Source of the DNA: an uncultured Kocuria sp.
GTDB lineage: Bacteria; Actinomycetota; Actinomycetes; Actinomycetales; Micrococcaceae
Assembly: GCF_947500125.1 (NCBI RefSeq)
Contig: NZ_CANMRA010000002.1
Coordinates: forward strand, 150,144-214,143
Length of the DNA: 64,000 nt
Direction: 5' to 3'
In this document: positions 29,784-40,193 of the stretch, piece after piece
How positions within the stretch are numbered: the stretch's first letter is position 1
Layout of the letters: each line of letters opens with the position of its first letter
The notes under the pieces: model-generated
What the model was told of the DNA's origin: nothing
Databases searched by the model: none
The model's input: the letters and a program-made list of their open reading frames with translations, nothing else
Made by a program: the position numbers and the translations under genes

Positions 29784-31294
29784 GCGCTCTGCCCGCCCCC
29801 GCGGCGGCTCCGCAGTGGCACCGTGTCCACCCGCTGACGCCGGTGGTCAAGGGGTGGCTCGCGATGCTGGTGATCGCCGGGGCCGTCGTCAACATCCTCC
29901 TCGACGACTTCCTCAACGCCTTCCTCGGGCGCGGGGACGCCGTGCCGCCCCAGGACTTCGACCCCGCCCGGATGGGTGCCATCTTCTGGTGGGCGCTGGC
30001 CGGGATCGTGGTGGTCGTGCTCCTCGTGTTCGCGGCGGCCGTGCTGGTCTCGTGGTGGTTCACCCGCTACCAGGTGACCCCTGAGCACGTGCGGATCCGC
30101 TCCGGGGTGCTCTTCCGGCAGGAGCGCCAGGCCCGGCTGGACCGGGTGCAGGCCATCGACATCCACCGCCCGTTCCTGCCCCGGCTGCTGGGGCTGGCCG
30201 AGCTGAAGTTCGAGGTGGCGGACGCCGGGCAGTCCGCGGTGTCCCTGTCCTACCTCACCCACCCCCAGGCCCGCGCGCTGCGCGGGGAGCTGCTGGGCCG
30301 GCTCGGCCTGGCCGGCCCGGGGCCGGGCCCCTCCGCCCCGCCGCCCGGTGCACCCGTGCGCCGGCCGGCGCCCTGGGCGGTGACCGGGGACCAGGAGCGT
30401 CCGGTGCTCGCGGTGCCGGTGCCGCGGCTGATCGGGTCCGTGCTCGCCTCGGGTTCCGCCGTCGCCCTGGCCGTGCTGCTGGCCGCCGCGCCGGTCGCCC
30501 TCCTGGTCGACCCCCGCACCGGGCCGGCGATGCTGGCGGCCTGGCTGCCCGGTCTGGTCAGCTTCGGGGCCATCTCCTACCGCCGGGTGGAGCAGGGCCA
30601 CCACTTCCGGCTGCTGCGCGTCCCCGAGGGCATGCGCGTGCGCTACGGCCTGTTCGACGTCCGGTCCCAGACCGTCCCCGCGGGGCGGATCCAGGCGGTG
30701 GGCGTGGACCAGCCGCTGCTCTGGCGGCCCTTCGGCTGGTACCGGGTGCGGGTCAACGTGGCCGGCTACGGGCCTGCGGCGGGGGAGAGCGACGCGATGC
30801 GCTCCACCCTGCTGCCCGTCGGCACCCTGCCCCAGGTGCACCAGGTCCTCCACCTGGCGCTGCCCGGCGCCCGGGACGGGGACCTCGCGGCGCTGCTGCG
30901 GGAGGGACTGCACGGGCTGGGCGGGCAGGGCCGGTTCACCACCTCCCCGCGCCGGGCCCGGTGGCTCGACCCCCTCGTGCACCGCCGGACCGGCTTCGCC
31001 GCGACCGGCGACGTCCTCGCGGTGCGGTCCGGGCGGCTGAGCCGGCGCACCGCGGTGCTGCCCCACGAGAAGACCCAGTCGGTGGCCGTGAGCCAGGGGC
31101 CGCTCGAGCGGGCCCTGCGGCTGGCCGACGTCCACCTGCACTCCACGCCGGGCCCCGTGACCGTGGCGGTCCCGCACCTCGACGCCGGGGACGCCCGGGC
31201 GCTCGCCGCCGCCCAGGCGGTGCACGCGGCCGGGGCCCGTAGACTGGCCGACGGCCCGAGCCACGCCCAGACCCCCCGGCAGGAGACAGCATGA
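29780..31294 (+). CDS. Membrane protein with repeated bacterial PH domains (YdbT-like)
   Basis: WHRVHPLTP, RLDRVQAIDI, RIQAV, KTQSV repeats; coupled to the previous gene. Confidence 0.85.
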   Translation: MSALPAPAAAPQWHRVHPLTPVVKGWLAMLVIAGAVVNILLDDFLNAFLGRGDAVPPQDFDPARMGAIFWWALAGIVVVVLLVFAAAVLVSWWFTRYQVTPEHVRIRSGVLFRQERQARLDRVQAIDIHRPFLPRLLGLAELKFEVADAGQSAVSLSYLTHPQARALRGELLGRLGLAGPGPGPSAPPPGAPVRRPAPWAVTGDQERPVLAVPVPRLIGSVLASGSAVALAVLLAAAPVALLVDPRTGPAMLAAWLPGLVSFGAISYRRVEQGHHFRLLRVPEGMRVRYGLFDVRSQTVPAGRIQAVGVDQPLLWRPFGWYRVRVNVAGYGPAAGESDAMRSTLLPVGTLPQVHQVLHLALPGARDGDLAALLREGLHGLGGQGRFTTSPRRARWLDPLVHRRTGFAATGDVLAVRSGRLSRRTAVLPHEKTQSVAVSQGPLERALRLADVHLHSTPGPVTVAVPHLDAGDARALAAAQAVHAAGARRLADGPSHAQTPRQETA

Positions 31295-32229
31295 CCCACC
31301 CGTCCGACCGCCCCGGACGCCTCGGGGTCGGGGTCGTCAGCGCCGGGAAGGTGGGCGCGGTCCTCGGCGCCGCGCTGCGCGCCGCCGGCCACGCCGTCGT
31401 CGGCGTCAACGCCGTCTCCGAGGCCAGCCGGGACCGGGCCGAGGCCCTCCTGCCCGGCGTGCCCGTCCTCGACGTCCCGTCCGTGCTCGAGCGCGCCGAG
31501 CTCGTGCTGCTCGCCGTGCCCGACGACGAGCTGCCCGGGCTCGTGCAGGGCCTCGCCGACGCCGGGCTGTGGCAGGCCGGCCAGCTCGTGGTGCACACCG
31601 CGGGCCGCTGGGGGACAGGTGTCCTGGAACCGGCCCGCCGGCTCGGGGCGATCCCGCTGGCCATCCACCCGGCGATGACCTTCACGGGCATGAGCCTGGA
31701 CCTGGCCCGGTTGAGCGACTGTTCGTTCGGGATCACGGCCCCGGGCCCGGTGCTGCCCATCGCCCAGGCCCTGGTGGTCGAGATGGGCGCCGAGCCCGTG
31801 GTGGTCGCGGAGGCGGACCGCCCGCTGTACCACGCGGCCCTCGCCCACGGCGCCAACCACCTGATGACCGTCGCCGGGCAGTCCATGCAGGTGCTCCGGG
31901 ACATCGGGGTGGAGCGCGCCGACCGCATGGTCGGGCCCCTGCTGCGGGCGACCCTGGACAACGCCCTGGCCGCGGGGGAGTCGGCGCTGACCGGACCGGT
32001 GGCCCGCGGTGACGCGGGGACCGTGGCCGCCCACCGGGACGCCCTCGACGAGTACGCGCACGGCCACGGCGGCGACGACGTCCTGCTGGCCTACCTGGAC
32101 CTCGCCCGCGTCACCGCCCGCCGCGCCCTGGACCGGGGACTGCTGGACCGCCCGCGCTACGACGCCGTGCTCGCCGCCCTCGAGCTCACCCACGGAGCCG
32201 ACGGAACCGACGGAGAGGACACCGCGTGA
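31291..32229 (+). CDS. Rossmann-like + DUF2520 oxidoreductase (PanG-like putative ketopantoate reductase)
   Basis: [34 protein letters not shown]; directly upstream of panC. Confidence 0.85.
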   Translation: MTHPSDRPGRLGVGVVSAGKVGAVLGAALRAAGHAVVGVNAVSEASRDRAEALLPGVPVLDVPSVLERAELVLLAVPDDELPGLVQGLADAGLWQAGQLVVHTAGRWGTGVLEPARRLGAIPLAIHPAMTFTGMSLDLARLSDCSFGITAPGPVLPIAQALVVEMGAEPVVVAEADRPLYHAALAHGANHLMTVAGQSMQVLRDIGVERADRMVGPLLRATLDNALAAGESALTGPVARGDAGTVAAHRDALDEYAHGHGGDDVLLAYLDLARVTARRALDRGLLDRPRYDAVLAALELTHGADGTDGEDTA

Positions 32230-33236
32230 GCGCCCCCACCACCGCCCCCCGCGTCTGCCGCGGCATCGACGAGTTCCGGGCGGCCCTCGCCGAGCGGCTC
32301 GGCGCCGCCCAGGAGCAGTCGACCCAGGAGCAGTCGGCACCCGAGCAGGCGGCGCAGGGACCGACCTCCCAGGAGCAGGCCTCGCTGGGCCTCGTGCCCA
32401 CCATGGGGGCCCTGCACGAGGGGCACGGCCACCTGGTGCGCCTCGCCCGGCAGGAGAACTCCGTGGTCGCGGTCTCGGTCTTCGTCAACCCCCTGCAGTT
32501 CGGCCCGGACGAGGACTTCGAGCGCTATCCGCGCACCCTCGAGGCCGACGTCGAGCTGCTCGCCCGCTTCGGGGCCGACCTCGTGTTCGCCCCGTCCGTG
32601 GCGGAGATGTACCCGGACGGTGAGCCCCTCGTGCGCGTCACCTCCGGCCGGCTCGGCTCCGTGCTGGACGGCGCGAGCCGCCCCGGCCACTTCGACGGCG
32701 CCCTCACGGTGGTCAACAAGCTCCTCAACATCACCGCCCCGCCCGTGCCGGCAGCGTTCCGTGCGTACTTCGGGGAGAAGGACGCCCAGCAGCTGCTCCT
32801 CGTGCGCCGGATGGTCGCCGACTTCGACCTGCCCGTGACCGTCCGGGCCGTGCCCATCGCACGCGACGACGACGGGCTGGCCCTGTCCTCCCGCAACCGC
32901 TACCTCGACGCCGCGCAGCGCCGGTCCGCGCTCGTGCTCCCGCGCACCCTGCGGGCGCTCGCCGCCGGGGAGCTGGACCTCGACGCCGCCCGGCGTCGGA
33001 TCGACACGGAGCGCATCGACACGGAGCACCTCGACACCGAGCGCCTCGACACCGGGCGCACCGACACCGAGGGCACCGGCACCGGGGACCTGGACGCCGA
33101 GGACCGCGTCCGGCTCGACTACCTCGTCGTCGTCGACCCCCGCACCCTGGAGCCGGTCGAGCCGGCGCCCGGCGCCCTCGCCCTCGCGGCGGCCCACGTG
33201 GGCAGCACCCGGCTGATCGACAACCTCATGCTCTGA
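32226..33236 (+). CDS. panC: Pantoate--beta-alanine ligase
   Basis: [46 protein letters not shown]. Confidence 0.96.
   Translation: MSAPTTAPRVCRGIDEFRAALAERLGAAQEQSTQEQSAPEQAAQGPTSQEQASLGLVPTMGALHEGHGHLVRLARQENSVVAVSVFVNPLQFGPDEDFERYPRTLEADVELLARFGADLVFAPSVAEMYPDGEPLVRVTSGRLGSVLDGASRPGHFDGALTVVNKLLNITAPPVPAAFRAYFGEKDAQQLLLVRRMVADFDLPVTVRAVPIARDDDGLALSSRNRYLDAAQRRSALVLPRTLRALAAGELDLDAARRRIDTERIDTEHLDTERLDTGRTDTEGTGTGDLDAEDRVRLDYLVVVDPRTLEPVEPAPGALALAAAHVGSTRLIDNLML
32307..32381 (+). repeat. 15-bp tandem repeat insertion in panC N-terminal region
   Basis: GCCCAGGAGCAGTCG, ACCCAGGAGCAGTCG, GCACCCGAGCAGGCG, GCGCAGGGACCGACC, TCCCAGGAGCAGGCC. Confidence 0.75.
33000..33104 (+). repeat. 15-bp tandem repeat insertion in panC C-terminal domain (7 units, xDTEx)
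   Basis: ATCGACACGGAGCGC, ATCGACACGGAGCAC, CTCGACACCGAGCGC, CTCGACACCGGGCGC, ACCGACACCGAGGGC, ACCGGCACCGGGGAC, CTGGACGCCGAGGAC. Confidence 0.85.
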
Positions 33237-33280
33237 GCGCCCCGGCCGGGATTTGACCCCTCCCGTTATCCTGGACAACT

Positions 33281-34804
33281 GTGACCAACGCGCAGAACAC
33301 CTCCCCGACCGCCCAGGACGAGGCCGAGCAGGCCGAGCTCTCGGACCAGATGCAGTTCCGGCTCGCCAAGCGCGCCCGGCTCCTCGACTCGGGCCGGGAG
33401 GCCTACCCGGTGGGCGTGGAGCGCACGCACACCCTCGCCGAGGTGCGGGCGGCCCACGGCCACCTGGAGCCCGGCGAGGAGACCGGTCGGTTCGTCGGCG
33501 TGGCCGGGCGCGTGGTCTTCGTGCGCAACACCGGCAAGCTGTGCTTCGCCACCCTCCAGGAGGGGGACGGCACCCGGCTGCAGGTCATGCTCTCCCTGGC
33601 GAAGGTGGGGGAGGAGTCCCTGGGCGAGTGGAAGTCCCTCGTGGACCTCGGCGACTTCGTGGCCGTGCACGGCGAGGTGATCGCCTCCCGCCGCGGCGAG
33701 CTCTCCGTCATGGCCGACGCCTGGTCCATGGCGTCGAAGGCGATCCGGCCCCTGCCCACGCTGCACAACGAGCTCAGCGAGGAGACCCGGGTGCGCCGGC
33801 GCTACCTCGACCTCATCGTCCGGCCCGAGGCCCGCGACGTCGTCGTGCAGCGGGCGCGGATCATCCAGACGGTGCGCAACGTCCTGGTGGACCGGGGCTA
33901 CGTGGAGATCGAGACACCGATCCTGCAGCTCGTGCACGGCGGGGCCACCGCCCGGCCGTTCGAGACCCACCTCAACGCGTTCGACCAGGACATGACCCTG
34001 CGCATCGCCACGGAGCTCTACCTCAAGCGCGCCGTGGTCGGCGGGATCGAGCGGGTCTTCGAGATCGGCCGGGTCTTCCGCAACGAGGGCGTCGACTCCT
34101 CGCACAGCCCCGAGTTCACCACCCTGGAGGCCTACGAGGCCTACGCCGACCAGTTCACGATGGCCGAGCGGATCAAGGAGATCATCCTCGCGTGCGCCGA
34201 CGCCCTGGGCGTCGACACCATCGAGACGGAGAAGGGCACGATCGACCTGCGCGGGGAGTGGCGCTGGCTGTCCGTCTACCCCGCCCTGTCCGAGGCCGTG
34301 GGACGGACGATCACCCCGGAGACCCCCGTGGAGACCCTGCACCGGATCGCCGAGGAGCACGAGGTGCCCGTCGGCCCGATGTGGGACGCGGAGAAGTACG
34401 TGCTGGAGCTGTTCGGCGAGATCGTGGAGCCCACCCTGGTCCAGCCGACCTTCGTGTGCGACTACCCGCCCTCGGCGCAGCCCCTCGCCCGCCAGCACCG
34501 CTCCGAGCACGGCCTGATCGAGGCGTGGGACCTGATCATCGGCGGGATGGAGCGCGGCACGGCGTTCTCCGAGCTCATCGACCCCGTGGTCCAGCGCGAG
34601 CGGCTCACCGAGCAGTCCCACCGGGCCGCGGCCGGCGACGACGAGGCCATGCGGCTCGACGAGGACTTCCTGCGCGCCCTCGAGCACGGCGCCCCGCCCA
34701 TGGGCGGCCTGGGCCTCGGCCTGGACCGGCTCATCATGCTCTTCACCGACCTGGGGATCCGGGAGACCATCCTGTTCCCCCTCATGAAGCCGGAGCAGGA
34801 CTGA
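33281..34804 (+). CDS. lysS: Lysine--tRNA ligase (class II)
   Basis: RNTGKLCFA, RRRYLDLI, GGATARPF, LRIATELYLKR, FRNEG, HSPEFT, PPMGGLGLGLDRL. Confidence 0.97.
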   Translation: MTNAQNTSPTAQDEAEQAELSDQMQFRLAKRARLLDSGREAYPVGVERTHTLAEVRAAHGHLEPGEETGRFVGVAGRVVFVRNTGKLCFATLQEGDGTRLQVMLSLAKVGEESLGEWKSLVDLGDFVAVHGEVIASRRGELSVMADAWSMASKAIRPLPTLHNELSEETRVRRRYLDLIVRPEARDVVVQRARIIQTVRNVLVDRGYVEIETPILQLVHGGATARPFETHLNAFDQDMTLRIATELYLKRAVVGGIERVFEIGRVFRNEGVDSSHSPEFTTLEAYEAYADQFTMAERIKEIILACADALGVDTIETEKGTIDLRGEWRWLSVYPALSEAVGRTITPETPVETLHRIAEEHEVPVGPMWDAEKYVLELFGEIVEPTLVQPTFVCDYPPSAQPLARQHRSEHGLIEAWDLIIGGMERGTAFSELIDPVVQRERLTEQSHRAAAGDDEAMRLDEDFLRALEHGAPPMGGLGLGLDRLIMLFTDLGIRETILFPLMKPEQD

Positions 34805-34808
34805 GCCC

Positions 34809-34831
34809 GGGCCGCGGCCGTGCCGCGGCCC
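34809..34831 (+). terminator. 10-bp hairpin after lysS
   Basis: GGGCCGCGGC-cgt-GCCGCGGCCC; no U tract. Confidence 0.45.
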
Positions 34832-34878
34832 TCCGCCGTCCTCAGCCACCGCCCAGATCTCCCCGGGAGAATCGCCCC

Positions 34879-35094
34879 ATGGAATACATCGCTGTCCTGC
34901 TGCCCTCGATCAGCATCGGCATCATCTTCTGGTTCGTCCTCCGCTGGATCTTCCGCGGCGACCGCACCGAGCGCGCCGTCGAGTCCCGCTCGCAGGAGGA
35001 CGCGCAGCGCTGGTACGAGGAGCTCAAGCGGCGCGACGGCGAGGACCTGCCGTTCGGCCGCGCCCCGCGCCGGGGTCGCAACGAGGAACGCTGA
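34879..35094 (+). CDS. Small single-TM hypothetical protein
   Basis: MEYIAVLLPSISIGIIFWFVLRWIFRGDRTER; one TM then charged tail. Confidence 0.75.
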   Translation: MEYIAVLLPSISIGIIFWFVLRWIFRGDRTERAVESRSQEDAQRWYEELKRRDGEDLPFGRAPRRGRNEER

Positions 35095-35172
35095 GCACCC
35101 GTCCCGGCGTTCCCCGGGTCTTTCCGATGAATTCGAATTTGCGCCCGGTTTGTCCGCCTTTTCGTGCTGTTG

Positions 35173-35201
35173 AATTCCGTGCCGGAATTGTAGGATAAAC
35201 T
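35173..35201 (+). promoter_or_regulatory. lsr2 promoter region: inverted repeat abutting -10 candidates
   Basis: AATTCCG-tgc-CGGAATT (35173-35189) followed by TAGGAT (35191-35196) and TAAACT (35196-35201). Confidence 0.45.
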
Positions 35202-35357
35202 CGACGACGTCGGGAGATTCGCCTTCCGGAGGTCGCCGGAATTCACGATCCGGATCAACCGGTCCGACACGGGGGAATCAGCACCGCCTCAGGACGCGCC
35301 GTCCCTCTGCGCGTCCGGGGAAAGACGAGCGCCGAGAGGCGGAGGAGAGTTTCAGTT

Positions 35358-35687
35358 ATGGCACAGACCGTGAAGATCATTCTCGAGGACGACCTCGACG
35401 GCGGGCCCGCCGAGGAGACCGTGCGCTTCGGACTCGACGGCGCGCAGTACGAGATCGATCTCTCCGAGGAGAACGCGGCCAAGCTGCGCGACGCCGTGCG
35501 GCCCTTCATCACCAAGGCGCGGCGCGCCCAGAGCAAGCAGACGCCGAAGCAGGCCCGCCCCACCGGGAAGTCGAATCCGGACACCGCGGCCATCCGGCAG
35601 TGGGCCCGGGAGAACGGCCACCAGGTCTCCGACCGCGGCCGCATTCACCAGGACGTCCAGAAGGCGTACTACGACGCGCACCAATAG
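35358..35687 (+). CDS. lsr2: Nucleoid-associated protein Lsr2
   Basis: LEDDLDGG, YEIDLS, IRQWARENG, RGRI AT-hook-like motif. Confidence 0.96.
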   Translation: MAQTVKIILEDDLDGGPAEETVRFGLDGAQYEIDLSEENAAKLRDAVRPFITKARRAQSKQTPKQARPTGKSNPDTAAIRQWARENGHQVSDRGRIHQDVQKAYYDAHQ

Positions 35688-35715
35688 GAGCGCGCGCTCG
35701 GCGCTCCAGAAGAAT

Positions 35716-35752
35716 AGGAGGGACCGGTCCGCCGGTCCCTCCTTTCCTCTTT
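35716..35752 (+). terminator. Intrinsic terminator of lsr2
   Basis: AGGAGGGACCGG-tccg-CCGGTCCCTCCT followed by TTCCTCTTT. Confidence 0.75.
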
Positions 35753-35906
35753 CCGGGGCGGGAGATGCGCCTATTGGGGGCACGCGGCTCCCGGGAGCAA
35801 TTCTCTCCCCATTCTTTTGGTGACCTGCGATTTTGTCGGTGCGGAAGCGAACGGCAGCAATTGTCGTGGCCCGTTCCGGTGCCGTCCGGGCCCCGGCCCA
35901 CCGGTC

Positions 35907-35924
35907 TTCTCGCCGGTGGCGAAC
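35907..35924 (+). promoter_or_regulatory. ClgR-type operator upstream of clpC
   Basis: TTCTCGC-CGGTG-GCGAAC (CGC-N5-GCG core); -10 candidate TAGCAT at 35952-35957. Confidence 0.55.
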
Positions 35925-35986
35925 AGCCACCCGTTCGCCCGCACGGGTGCGTAGCATCGGGTGCAGACATCGACTGAGGAGTATCC

Positions 35987-38551
35987 ATGTTCGAACGCTT
36001 CACCGACCGCGCCCGCCGGGTCGTGGTGCTGGCCCAGGAAGAGGCCAGGATGCTCAACCACAACTACATCGGCACCGAGCACCTGCTGCTGGGGCTGATC
36101 CACGAGGGCGAGGGAGTGGCCGCGAAGGCGCTCGACTCGATGGGCATCACCCTCACCGGCGCCCGCGAGCAGGTCCAGGACATCATCGGACCGGGCCAGC
36201 AGGCCCCGTCCGGGCACATCCCCTTCACCCCCCGGGCCAAGAAGGTCCTCGAGCTGTCGCTGCGCGAGGCACTCCAGCTCGGGCACAACTACATCGGCAC
36301 CGAGCACATCCTCCTGGGCATCATCCGCGCGGGCGAGGGCGTGGCGGCGCAGGTGCTGACCAAGCTCGGCGCGGAGCCCCAGAAGGTGCGCTCCACCGTG
36401 CTGGAGCTGATCTCCGGCTACCAGGGCGGGGGCACCCCCGAGAAGGAGGGCGCCGGCGTGCGCTCGGCCGGCCAGTCCGAGGGCACGCCCGCGGGCTCGG
36501 CCGTGCTGGACCAGTTCGGCCGCAACCTCACCGCGGCGGCCCGCGAGGGCAAGCTGGACCCCGTCATCGGGCGGTTCAAGGAGATGGAGCGGGTCATGCA
36601 GATCCTCTCCCGGCGCACCAAGAACAACCCGGTACTGATCGGTGAGCCCGGCGTCGGCAAGACCGCGGTGGTCGAGGGCCTGGCGCAGCAGATCGTGCGC
36701 GGGGACGTCCCGGAGACCCTCAAGGACAAGCACCTCTACACCCTGGACCTCGGGTCCCTCGTGGCGGGCTCCCGCTACCGCGGCGACTTCGAGGAGCGGC
36801 TCAAGAAGGTGCTCAAGGAGATCCGCACCCGCGGGGACATCATCCTGTTCATCGACGAGATCCACACCCTCGTGGGCGCCGGCGCGGCCGAGGGCGCGAT
36901 CGACGCCGCCTCCATCCTGAAGCCCATGCTGGCCCGCGGCGAGCTGCAGACCATCGGCGCCACGACCCTCGACGAGTACCGCAAGCACATCGAGAAGGAC
37001 GCCGCGCTGGAGCGACGCTTCCAGCCGATCCAGGTGGACGAGCCCTCCGAGGCGCACGCCGTGGAGATCCTCAAGGGCCTGCGCGACAAGTACGAGGCGC
37101 ACCACCGCGTCACCATCTCGGACGAGGCACTCGAGGCGGCCGTGCACATGTCGGCCCGCTACGTCTCGGACCGCTTCCTGCCGGACAAGGCGATCGACCT
37201 GATCGACGAGGCCGGGGCGCGCCTGCGGATCAAGCGGATGACCGCCCCGCCGGAGATCAAGGAGCTCGACGACCGCATCACCGAGGTGAAGCGGCTCAAG
37301 GAGGCCGCGATCGACGGCCAGGACTACGAGAAGGCCGCCTCGCTGCGCGACACGGAGCAGAAGCTCATCGCCGAGCGCGAGGAGAAGGACCGCGCCTGGC
37401 GCGACGGCGGCGACGAGCTCGCCGAGGTGACCCCCGAGGTCATCTCCGACGTCCTCTCCGCCTCCACGGGTGTGCCCGTCTACAAGCTCACCGAGGAGGA
37501 GACGGGCCGTCTCCTGCACATGGAGGACGAGCTGCACAAGCGCATCATCGGCCAGGACGACGCGATCAAGGCGCTCTCCCGGTCCATGCGGCGCACGCGT
37601 GCGGGTCTGAAGGATCCCAAGCGCCCGGGCGGGTCGTTCATCTTCGCCGGGCCCACGGGCGTGGGCAAGACCGAGCTCGCGAAGGCGCTGGCGGAGTTCC
37701 TGTTCGGTGACGAGGACGCCCTCATCACCCTGGACATGTCCGAGTACCAGGAGAAGCACACCGTCTCCCGGCTCTTCGGTGCCCCTCCGGGGTACGTGGG
37801 CTACGAGGAGGGCGGCCAGCTCACCGAGAAGGTGCGCCGCAAGCCGTTCTCGGTGGTGCTCTTCGACGAGGTCGAGAAGGCGCACCAGGACCTGTTCAAC
37901 TCGCTGCTGCAGATCCTCGAGGACGGTCGCCTGACCGACTCGCAGGGCCGCGTGGTGGACTTCAAGAACACCGTGATCATCATGACCACGAACCTGGGCA
38001 CCAAGGACATCTCCCGTGCCGTCCCCGTCGGGTTCCAGACCGGCGTGGACCCCGCCTCCAACTACGAGCGGATGCAGGCGAAGGTGCAGGACGAGCTCAA
38101 GGAGCACTTCCGGCCCGAGTTCCTCAACCGCGTGGACGAGATCATCGTGTTCCCGCAGCTCACCGAGAACGAGATCGTGCAGATCGTGGACCTGTTCGTG
38201 GCCCGGCTGCAGGAGCGGCTGCGCGACCAGGGGATGTCGATCGAGCTCTCCGACTCCGCGAAGCGGTGGGTCAGCCGCAAGGGCTACGACCCGTCCATGG
38301 GCGCCCGTCCGCTGCGCCGCACCATGCAGCGGGAGATCGAGGACCAGCTCTCCGAGAAGATCCTCTTCGGGGAGATCAGCACCGGGGAGAAGATCTTCGT
38401 GAACACCGAGGGGGAGGGGGACGAGCAGAAGCTGGTCTTCTCCTCCACCCCGATGTCCGACCTCACGGGCGACGGCATGGTCGACCCGATGACCGGCCTG
38501 GAGGACGTCGACGTCTCCCGCGGTGACGGCGAGAACCGCCCCGAGGGCTGA
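35987..38551 (+). CDS. clpC: ATP-dependent Clp protease ATP-binding subunit ClpC
   Basis: [13 protein letters not shown], two Clp-N repeats, [19 protein letters not shown] coiled coil. Confidence 0.97.
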   Translation: MFERFTDRARRVVVLAQEEARMLNHNYIGTEHLLLGLIHEGEGVAAKALDSMGITLTGAREQVQDIIGPGQQAPSGHIPFTPRAKKVLELSLREALQLGHNYIGTEHILLGIIRAGEGVAAQVLTKLGAEPQKVRSTVLELISGYQGGGTPEKEGAGVRSAGQSEGTPAGSAVLDQFGRNLTAAAREGKLDPVIGRFKEMERVMQILSRRTKNNPVLIGEPGVGKTAVVEGLAQQIVRGDVPETLKDKHLYTLDLGSLVAGSRYRGDFEERLKKVLKEIRTRGDIILFIDEIHTLVGAGAAEGAIDAASILKPMLARGELQTIGATTLDEYRKHIEKDAALERRFQPIQVDEPSEAHAVEILKGLRDKYEAHHRVTISDEALEAAVHMSARYVSDRFLPDKAIDLIDEAGARLRIKRMTAPPEIKELDDRITEVKRLKEAAIDGQDYEKAASLRDTEQKLIAEREEKDRAWRDGGDELAEVTPEVISDVLSASTGVPVYKLTEEETGRLLHMEDELHKRIIGQDDAIKALSRSMRRTRAGLKDPKRPGGSFIFAGPTGVGKTELAKALAEFLFGDEDALITLDMSEYQEKHTVSRLFGAPPGYVGYEEGGQLTEKVRRKPFSVVLFDEVEKAHQDLFNSLLQILEDGRLTDSQGRVVDFKNTVIIMTTNLGTKDISRAVPVGFQTGVDPASNYERMQAKVQDELKEHFRPEFLNRVDEIIVFPQLTENEIVQIVDLFVARLQERLRDQGMSIELSDSAKRWVSRKGYDPSMGARPLRRTMQREIEDQLSEKILFGEISTGEKIFVNTEGEGDEQKLVFSSTPMSDLTGDGMVDPMTGLEDVDVSRGDGENRPEG

Positions 38552-38570
38552 GTCCGGCCGATGCTCCACC

Positions 38571-38602
38571 AGGGCCCGCCGCGCACCCGCGCGGCGGGCC
38601 CT
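38571..38602 (+). terminator. 14-bp hairpin after clpC
   Basis: AGGGCCCGCCGCGC-accc-GCGCGGCGGGCCCT. Confidence 0.7.
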
Positions 38603-38680
38603 CGGCGTCCCCCCATGTGGGGACGGTCGCGGGGGGTCATGTCCCCAGGGCGTCGGCGTTCGCAAGCGTACACTTGCGGC

Positions 38681-39208
38681 GTGACCGACCTGCGCCTGCG
38701 ACCAGCCCGCACCTCCGACGTCCCCGCCATCAAGGACCTCGTGGCCCCGCTGGCGCGCGCCGGGGTGCTGATCAACAAGGACACGGTCGCCTACTACGAG
38801 GGCATCCAGGAGTTCCTGGTGGTGGAGGCGGTCGGCGACGAGCAGGCCGGTCTCATCGGCTGCGGCGCGCTGCACGTGATGTGGGAGGACCTGGGCGAGG
38901 TCCGCACGCTGGCCACCTCCGACGAGTGGCGGGGCCGCGGGGTGGGCCGCACGCTGCTGGCCGGGCTGATCGAGCGGGCCCGCGCCGTGGGGGTCTCGCG
39001 CGTGTTCTGCCTGACCTTCGAGGTCGACTTCTTCAGCCGGCACGGCTTCGAGGTCATGCCCAACCAGAACCAGGTCCACCCCGACGTCTTCGCCGAGCTG
39101 CTGCGCTCGCACGACGAGGGCGTGGCCGAGTACCTCGACCTGGCCCGCGTGAAGCCCAACACCCTCGGCAACACCCGGATGCTGCTCGAGCTCAGCCCGG
39201 AAGGCTGA
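38681..39208 (+). CDS. argA: Amino-acid N-acetyltransferase (short GNAT ArgA-type)
   Basis: GCGALHVMWEDLGEVRTLA, RGRGVG, FCLTFEVDFF, EGVAEYLDL; GTG 6 nt after TACACT. Confidence 0.8.
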   Translation: MTDLRLRPARTSDVPAIKDLVAPLARAGVLINKDTVAYYEGIQEFLVVEAVGDEQAGLIGCGALHVMWEDLGEVRTLATSDEWRGRGVGRTLLAGLIERARAVGVSRVFCLTFEVDFFSRHGFEVMPNQNQVHPDVFAELLRSHDEGVAEYLDLARVKPNTLGNTRMLLELSPEG

Positions 39209-40169
39209 CCCCGGCGGGTCCGGCGACGGCCAGCCCGTCCCGCACCAGCCCGTCCAGGGCGCGCAGGCGCTGCTCCTCCGGGGCGCCGAGCCCGTGCAGG
39301 GCGTCGAGGGCCCGCAGGGCCTCCGGCGGCAGGCCCGCGCCCGTCGCGGCGTCCACGGGACCCGTGAGGTGGCGCGCCGGCACCGGCGCGGACCCGGCCC
39401 GCAGCACCGCCATGACAGCTCCGCGGACCTGGCGGTCCGTGCCGTGCCAGCGCTGGCCCCGGGGGGCCTCGGCGGGCTCGGGCCGGCCCGCCGCGACCCA
39501 CGCGCACGCGTCCCGCACCGGGCACTGCTCGCACCGGGGGGAGCGGGCCGTGCAGACGAGGGCGCCGAGCTCCATGACCGCCTGGTTCCAGCGCACGGCC
39601 AGGGCGTCGTCGGCCGGCATCAGCTCCTCCGCGAGCCGGAGCTCCGCGGCCGTCAGCGACCGTGCCGGCAGGGCCCGGCCCGAGACGACCCGGGCGTGCA
39701 CACGCCGGATGTTCGTGTCCACCACGGTCTGCCGGTCCCCGAAGGCGAAGACCGCGATCGCGGCGGCCGTGTAGGCGCCCACGCCGGGCAGGGCCAGCAG
39801 CAGCTCGTGCGCGGCCGGCACCCGGCCCCCGTGCTGCTCGGTGATCTCGACCGCGGCCGCGTGCAGGCGCAGGGCCCGCCGCGGATAGCCGAGCCGGCCC
39901 CACGCCCGCACGGCCTCCCCGGTGCTCTCGGCGGCGAGGTCGGCGGGCCGCGGCCAGCGCTGCATCCACGCCCGCCACACGGGCAGCACGCGCACCACGG
40001 GGGTCTGCTGGAGCATGAACTCGCTGACCATGACCCCCCACGGGGTGCAGGACGGGTCCCGCCACGGGAGGTCGCGGGCGGCGTCGTCGAACCAGGCGGT
40101 GACGGCCCGGTGCAGGTCCGGCCGGCTGGGAGCCGCGGCGGGGGTCGGGGCAGCGTGCGGGGAGCTCAT
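39192..40169 (-). CDS. mutY: A/G-specific adenine glycosylase
   Basis: RDLPWR, VSEFMLQQT, GLGY-like GRLGYPRR, LPGVGAYT, VDTN, C-X6-C-X2-C-X5-C Fe-S motif. Confidence 0.95.
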   Translation of the reverse strand: MSSPHAAPTPAAAPSRPDLHRAVTAWFDDAARDLPWRDPSCTPWGVMVSEFMLQQTPVVRVLPVWRAWMQRWPRPADLAAESTGEAVRAWGRLGYPRRALRLHAAAVEITEQHGGRVPAAHELLLALPGVGAYTAAAIAVFAFGDRQTVVDTNIRRVHARVVSGRALPARSLTAAELRLAEELMPADDALAVRWNQAVMELGALVCTARSPRCEQCPVRDACAWVAAGRPEPAEAPRGQRWHGTDRQVRGAVMAVLRAGSAPVPARHLTGPVDAATGAGLPPEALRALDALHGLGAPEEQRLRALDGLVRDGLAVAGPAGVSLPG

Positions 40170-40177
40170 CGGAGTCC

Positions 40178-40187
40178 ACTGTAGCCT
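40178..40187. promoter_or_regulatory. Overlapping divergent -10 elements
   Basis: TACAGT (minus, 40178-40183) and TAGCCT (plus, 40182-40187) in a 24-bp gap between two start codons. Confidence 0.6.
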
Positions 40188-40193
40188 GGGAGC

